Source of the DNA: the human T2T-CHM13v2.0 reference genome, Homo sapiens
NCBI RefSeq assembly: GCF_009914755.1
Contig: NC_060927.1
Length of the DNA: 64,000 nucleotides
Direction: 5' to 3' (one strand)
Shown here: positions 56,543 to 64,000 of the stretch, one piece after another
Position numbering within the stretch: position 1 is the stretch's first letter
Layout of the letters: each line of letters opens with the position of its first letter
Notes under the pieces: model-generated
What the model was told of the DNA's origin: nothing
Database searches by the model: none
Seen by the model: only the letters and a program-made list of their open reading frames with translations
Program-made: the position numbers and the translations under genes

Positions 56543-57039
56543 TGTGCACCCAACACTCTTTTAGATGGGAACCAAAGTCTCCTCTACATTTCAGCAAAGA
56601 AACTGGGAACTGTATATCCCAGAATCCCCTTCCCTGAGTAGTCCTGGGTTTGAATTTGCCAATGAAAGAAACTTGGAAGAAAATAATTATTCTCTGGATA
56701 TGGTTGCAGCCAGATGTGTGGTCAGAGGTGAGTGCTTGAGAACCACCAGTTTAGTGGTTTTAGTCCGAGTTTGTTCATAAGACCTTTCTAGAGACCCCAG
56801 AGAATTGCAGCAACTTCCAGATAAGACCTTCAACCAACCACTTCAGTGCTTTAGGCTGAGATGACTTCTTTGACTTTCAGAGGCAGGACCCCTAAATGTT
56901 GGTAGAAGCTTCTCTATCTCTGTTCTTCTGTTTTCCAACAGAAGTATAAACCCCTAATTCTTTATTATGTGCATCCTTAAGATCCATGATACACAGGGTG
57001 GTCTCTGTTTTCCTGATGAACCACAACTGACTCAATACT
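56543..57039 (+). mobile_element. Old ERVL LTR (LTR33/LTR50-like)
   Basis: ACTGTATATCCCAGAATCCCCTT...GTCTCTGTTTTCCTGA...ACTGACTCAATAC. Confidence 0.45.
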
Positions 57040-57427
57040 AATGGTGTCAGTGAGACAGTCAGAAATATTTATGTAGTTACCTATTCAAATATTGGAATAA
57101 CTACTTATAATTCATGAAATTTACTCAATTTCAGGAAGCCAATGTTTAGAGGATTTTTTCTATATCCTTTTCCAATTTACCCAAAGGTGTCAGCATTACT
57201 GAAGTCACAAAGACCTTGGCCAGTGTATGTAAATTGAACTTTGAAAAAAAATTAGCATTATAATATGCTACAGATGGTATATCAAACTCAAATAAACTAA
57301 TAATATTGAATTAGCAAGCTTTCTTATCGGAAAAATACCTCTTGAACATTGGTAGAGCATAAAGACTAACTTGAAATTAAAGGGCAAAAACCAACACAAG
57401 CAAAATGATATTAAAAAAAAAAAGCCC

Positions 57428-57747
<320 letters not shown>

Positions 57748-57857
57748 CTAGATCAGGATATATAAATAAGTACTCTCATATCTCTATCTCTGTTCACTCC
57801 AAATATGCATTCATTCAGCTTCAACCTGAAGGGATATTCATCTTTGAACACTGTGTA

Positions 57858-58198
57858 CAGTAGTCTCCCCTTATCTGTGGGGAAACAGTCCAAAATCCCT
57901 AGTGAATTCTTGAATCCGTGGATAGTACCAAACTCTATATATGCGATGTCTTTTTCTATACATACATAAACTATGATAAAATTTAATTTACGAATTAGGC
58001 CTGTTAAGATATTAACAAAAATAACTAATAATAAAATAGAACAATTAATATACTGTAATAAAAGTTATGTGAATGTGGTCTGTTTCTCCCTCTCAAAATA
58101 CATTATTGTACTGTAATCACCTGTTTCCAGACTCTGGTTGACCATGAGTAGTTGAAACTATAAAAAACAAAACCCTGGATATAAGGGGAGAACTACTA
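57858..58198. mobile_element. MER44A (Tigger7-derived) MITE
   Basis: TA|CAGTAGTCTCCCCTTATC ... ATAAGGGGAGAACTACT terminal inverted repeats. Confidence 0.8.
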
Positions 58199-59343
58199 AT
58201 GTATTACAATCACCTTGTTCTTCAATAGATAGATTTATTCTAGAGACTAGAACTCTATGCATTATGACCTCCTACAGAGCCAGGAGAAGGCCTAGTTTAT
58301 TTTCTTTGCACAGGAACTTGAACAATACAGAGTTAAGTACTGAAAATGTTTCCCTGAATTGATTTTGGAGGTCAGATATTGACTTGTCTTTTCTGCTCTG
58401 TGCATATCTGATCTTTCTGCTCCATTTGTGACATGGAAGGTCAAGTAGACACATCTGAAGACCAGTTAAATCTAAGTTAAATATCCTCTCACCTAGGCCA
58501 AAGACAGTTGGACAGAACAATAGAGCTGCTCATTCAGGGACTGATCTTTCAGTTCTTTTTTGAATAAGTAATGTGTTTTCAGAGCTTCCCAATCTGTGAA
58601 AGATCATAAAGAATCACACAGTTCATTTACATGTCAGTCAATCAATGATAATGTATTAGGCACTTCCTATGTGCCTAGCATTGTAAAAGTTGCCTATTAT
58701 ATTTCAGTGTCAATACATAACAATATGTTTTGGCCCTTATATGGAATAAAATATATTCTTTTTCTAAAAGAGAGTCAAAATGATATTGTACTTAGTGAAA
58801 TTTTAATACATATCAGGTCATCATGAATTATTGAACAGGTTTCCTTTAATCTAGCATGAGCAAGAACAGGTTCAATATCACACATCATTCCTTTTTATAA
58901 AAATATGTGATCTTATTTTCAAGGATGTTCTGGGAGATATCAGAGTCTCAAAAAGCAGATGACATACTGTAGCCGAAATGCCACCAACCTGAAAACAGAA
59001 GAGAACTTTGCAAGGCCAGAATTCAGTTGTTTGTTCAATTTTTCAAGCAAAGAAACCATTTAGTTCTGAAAAGCAACCAGGGAGAAATTTCTTGAAAAGT
59101 AGTCTGAAAAGAGACTGCAATTTCCCCAAGTTCTCGGTCAGCATAGGGAGGCTGTTAACAAGATCATCAGACTCCTAAACCTCTAGTAATCAACGTTTTC
59201 TAATAAAACCCAGGATTTGTAAGCCTCATATTAACAAATTGCATCTGACTTAAGCTGGATGGGCCTGACTTTAAATGATTTCATTACTTGATCTTTCTGT
59301 TCTTCCATTGACTCACTACCAAAGACTTAAAGACAAAACAAAA

Positions 59344-59648
59344 GGCCAGGTGTGGTGGCTTATGCCTGAAATCCCAGCACTTTTGGAGGCTGAGGTGGGT
59401 AGATTGCATGAACTCAAGAGTTGGAGACCATCCTGGGCAACACGGTGAGATCCTGTGTCTACAAATAATACAAAAATCAGCCAGGCCTGGTGGCATTTGC
59501 CTGTAGTCCCAGCTATTGGGGAGACTGAGGTGGGAGGATAGCTTCATCCTGGGAGGTCAAGACTGCAGTGAGCCATGATTGCGCCACTGCACTCCAGCCG
59601 AGGTGACAGAGCGAGACCTCATCTCTTAAAAAAAATAAAAGAAAGAGA
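59344..59648 (+). mobile_element. AluJ
   Basis: Diverged dimer, GAGGTCAAGACTGCAGTGAGCCATGATT, AAAGACAAAA flanks. Confidence 0.85.
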
Positions 59649-60667
59649 AAAGACAAAAGATTATCAAAACTTGTGTTTTTCTTTTGTTGACCTATGGTGT
59701 AGTTTTAAGCAAATTGAAGAGGAGGGAGAAACTTATAAAACAGACACTACATCTTATTAAAGAAATATTTTAAGAAACATTATATTTAAGTGGCTTCAGC
59801 TAATTAATTACTTGTTTTGCTGATTTGGATGGAGAAATTAGCAAAAATAAATCTTGAAAATGGAGTTTTAGTAGGCTTCCATTTATAAAAATTCAATTTT
59901 ACCCCACTTGAAATAATCTATTTGTTGCATCAGGTTACATTATTGCTGGCTGATATGATTACTAGTGGGCATATACTGTACATGTTATTGCATCTCTGCA
60001 CCTGGTTTGTTGGTAAATACATGTTGCTGATAACAGCAGCTAAATCTCAGAACACAGACAAGTCTGAGCATATCTGTTACTGAAACTGAGTAAACAATTC
60101 AAAATTCATGTTCTTTTAAAATATATCACCTTAAAAACATAAAGGTCACTGCATATCCAGGATGAATAAGTTTAAGAAGAGTGTCAGGATGGTGGCATAT
60201 TTAGATGTATCACTGTGATGTTTCACTGTGGTATTTTATGATGTGGCATATTAGCCAATGTGTTCATGGTCAAATGATTCAGAGCAGATTTTAAACCAAA
60301 TTTTAATATTGACTTTTAGCATATGCATAATAAAGTGAGTAAAGCACACTATTCTTAAGTGTCAGCTCAAGGAACTTTTACACTCATATCCAAATAACTA
60401 CCACTTAGATTGAGATGTAACATTTCCAACAGCCAGAAATTTCCTTCATGCCCCTCCTCAGTCAAAACCCAGTGACTTCAAGGAAACTAAGACTCTAGAT
60501 TTTGTTATAATCAATTAGTTTTGCCTGTTTTTGAACTTCATATAAATGGAATTATAGAGTATGTACTCTTTTTAACCTGGCTTCATTTACTTAACATAAA
60601 GTCTGAAAGTTTGAGCCATATGATTGCAGGTAGTATCCATTTGTTCTTTTTTTCCTCTGATGTAGTA

Positions 60668-61009
60668 TAGATGCTCCTTGACTTATGATGGGGTATGTCC
60701 TGATAAACCTGTTGTAAGTTGACAATATAGTTAGTCAAAATGCATTTAATATACGTAACCTACTGAACATCATAGCTTAGGCTCACTTCCTTAGACGTGT
60801 TCAGAGAACTTACATTAGCCTATACTTGGGCTCAAAAATCTAACACTACTTGATAATAAAGTGTTGACTATCTCATGTAATTTATTGGACACTGTACTGA
60901 AAGTGAAAAGCAGAATGGTTGTATGGGTACTTAAAGTATGGTTTCCATACCACCTTAAAGTTCAAAAATCATAAGTCAGCCAAACCATTGTTAAGTCAGG
61001 AACCATCTG
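60668..61009. mobile_element. MER47A (Tigger5) DNA transposon
   Basis: TA|TAGATGCTCCTTGACTTATGATGGG ... TAAGTCAGGAACCATCTG|TA. Confidence 0.8.
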
Positions 61010-61089
61010 TATTCCATTGTATGAATTTTCACAGTTTATGTATCCATTCTCCTACTGACGAGTATTTCAGTTGTTTCTAGTTGGGAGAG

Positions 61090-62234
61090 TGATATGATTT
61101 GGCTCTGTGTCCCCACCCAAATCTCATCTCAAATTGTAGTTCCCAAGTGTCACAGGAGGGACCTGTAATCCCCATGTGTTGAGGGAGGGAGGTGATTGGA
61201 TCATGGGGGCAGTTTCGCCCATGCTGTTCTCATACTAGTGAATGAGTTCTCATAAGATCTGATGGTTTTATAAGTGTTTGGAAGTTCTTCCTTCATCCCC
61301 CTCTCTTGCCTGCCACCATGTAAGATGTGCCTGCTTCTCCCTCTGAAAGGAGTTAGTTAGCTTGCCTTAGGTAGATAACAAGGAAAGGGTCCTGGAGAGC
61401 CCCCGGCCCATGGGTCAGTTCCTCATCCCCACATAACATAAAAAGCAGCCTGGGAAAAAATTCAAGCTGCAGGCACCGATAAGGGAACTAGCACAGGGTG
61501 TTGTGCCTGGAGACATGCCCACAGCTGCACAGATAGAAAAAACCTCCGGCCCATTTGGCTGAAAACTTGCACAAACCTCCAGCTCACTCAGACAAGGGAA
61601 CAAGGCCTGGCATAGAAATGCCTTTGTCCTGTGTATAGTCAGTGGGCTCCCAGGAAAAGTTTCTTCTCCTTTTGTGGGCATGGGCATGGTGGACTCTGGG
61701 GGGTTCCAGTGGGCACTCTACTTTCCTTTATTAGGACTATAAGTCCAGCTCCTGTGACTCATCACTTCAGCCTCTGATTGGTCCCGGGCCAGGCTTTCAC
61801 TTCAGCTTCTAACAGGTCCTGGGCCAAGCTGAGCAGCCTCTATGAATCATCATTTCAGCTCCTGGTTGGTACCAGGCCAAGCTGAGTCATACATTCACTA
61901 AGACAGCTCACTGATTAAGCTCATTCCTTCCCCTTCCCAGACCATAAAAACCCTGGACCCCAGACTCATAGTGGGTCTTCCTATTTGGGACCCCCTCTTC
62001 TGGAAGAGAGCTTTCTTCTTTCAGCTGTAAACTTTTGTTCCAACCTCACCTTTGTGTCTGTGCTCCTCTGGGCATTATCTAAGACAACGAAAGACTGTTA
62101 CACTTCTGCCATAATTGTAAGTTTCCTGAGGCTCTCCAGATGTGCAGAACTGTGAGTCAATTAAACCTCTTTTCTTTATAGATTACCTAGTCTTAGGGAA
62201 GTCCTTTATAGCAGTGTGAGAATGGACTAATACA
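61090..62234 (+). mobile_element. THE1D-like MaLR LTR split by an ERV1 LTR
   Basis: TGATATGATTTGGCTCTGTGTCCCCACCCAAATCTCATC ... GGACTAATACA, 5-bp TSD GAGAG/GAGAT. Confidence 0.88.
61344..62102 (+). mobile_element. MER61-like ERV1 solo LTR
   Basis: TGAAAGGAGTTAG.TAGCTTGCCTTAGGTAGA ... GACTGTTACA, 4-bp TSD CCTC/CTTC, internal TTCAGC...GGGCCAAG repeats. Confidence 0.75.
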
Positions 62235-63468
62235 GAGATACAGTTAGTAAAGCTGCTATGAACATTCTTGTACAGATCATTTGGTGAAATCAGAGAAGAT
62301 TTTAGCTTTCAGTAATGCTTACTTAGACATGATGTTTATAATTATTCCTCTTTCATAAATAAGCCCAGGGGAATTGTGAGCTATGTGGCATCCTTCAGTA
62401 CAAGGTTCTTCCAGCCCTACAGCTGTACTTAGACTATCAAGAGTATCGTTTGTCCAATTCCAGAAAGAATAATTCACGTTGTATTCTGGGATCCAGTGGG
62501 CACATGGAATAGTACAGTGACACCAATGGATGGTGGACTCCTGGCCATCATTTGATCAGTACCTCCAAGTGATGGAGAGAAACAGACACTGATGACATCA
62601 CTTGAGCTTCATGCCATGACTGAAGCTATGCTTAAAGCCAAATATACTCCTGGACTTTGCAGTTTTCTAAACCAATAGATTTAAATGATTATTATCGATA
62701 TAACCGTTATTATGTACACCATCATTCTGGGATAAAGGAACAGGTAGCAACTCCCAGATCCATGATTTATTGTAACTTTGAGCTCGCTTAGCCTATGCTA
62801 TGCACAATTGTAATTTATGAGCATGGGATGATAATAATCTATTTGGATCTGAAATTTACTTTGTGTATTGTGCACTGCTATGCAGTTGTTAATTTTTTAG
62901 CATCACACTTTTATTTTTTATCTTCCTTTTCTTAAAAATTGACATTTCAAATAGAAACCTTAAGCAACATTGATAACTATTTTCAACATATCTTCTACCA
63001 GATATTTTCTTTATTAACGTAGTTAGTTTATGTATTTAGATAATCAATATTTTAAAAATCTCTCAAGGCTTGTTATAAACTACAAATAAAGTAGGGAAGG
63101 GACTCACTTACTAGTCAACTGCAAAAAGGTGCCAAGCCTTCTGTATAACTTATTGCTCTTACTGTTCTTACTTGTCTGCTTGGCTTTGCAAACAAGTGAG
63201 AGGTCTTCTATTAATTATGCTCTTAATGTTGTTACAATAATATTTTGAGAACTGTACAGATGTTCTCTGGGAAATGGTTAAAAAACCAGTGTCCTTATAG
63301 AGGTACAAGGTAATTCTAACCCAGTATGGTAAATGATAATGAGTCATTTTTCATAATTAAACCAGGAATAAAAAGATTAAGCCCAATGACTTCAGATGAC
63401 AGCAATTTTAAATTATTTCATAGCAATTTGTAGTTTGTTTTCATTTAAAAATAAATCTAGTGATTTCT

Positions 63469-63806
<338 letters not shown>

Positions 63807-64000
63807 AATAAATTTAGTGATCTTTGTATTTTGCCAGTAAAGATTATTTAATTGTAAGTGATGTGAATATATTTCACATAGCTAATGCATAATAATAGTA
63901 ATCTCAATAATCAAGGTTGAGCAGAAAGAGCATGGAGAAATATTCTGGTTTCTCCTCCCTCTAGCTTCCCACCTTCTGCAGTGCCTCTAACTAGCTAAGC

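Larger units (their letters stand above)
60290..62290 (-). mobile_element. Old L1M(C/D/E) 3' end hosting MER47A and THE1D
   Basis: TTAGTTTTGCCTGTTTTTGAACTTCATATAAATGGAAT, resuming after the inserts as TATTCCATTGTATGAA and AAAGCTGCTATGAACATTCTTGTACA. Confidence 0.7.

Noticed and set aside
61755-61890. Imperfect ~40-60-bp repeats (TTCAGC...GGCCAAG)
   Set aside because: They lie inside the ERV1 LTR and are best explained as family-internal repeats.

Overview
This is AT-rich primate (catarrhine, human-like) non-coding DNA, probably a large intron or intergenic region. I found no intact protein-coding gene, RNA gene, CpG island or CRISPR array. The ORFs in the track come from L1, Alu or LTR sequence, or are short chance ORFs. 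Two full-length, same-strand, inactivated L1PA elements (~23.85-30.63 kb and ~41.0-47.2 kb) dominate the window. It also holds about 15 Alus, several ERV/MaLR solo LTRs, DNA-transposon fossils and old L1M/L2/MIR pieces. I cannot support a new biological system here. The best signals are unusual insertion and repair events. (1) An AluY and an inverted, older L1 3' fragment share one TSD. (2) An L1-mobilised HERV-W processed fragment has TSD copies with reciprocal CpG decay. (3) An AluY insertion deleted part of a five-layer TE nest. (4) A fold-back palindrome sits inside L1 ORF1. (5) The two L1s share near-identical tracts, and one carries an older-subfamily patch. (6) There is an AluYd-lineage copy. 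(7) There is a candidate 71-nt minus-strand intron. Subfamily names come from remembered consensus sequences, not a database search, and boundaries of old repeats are approximate.
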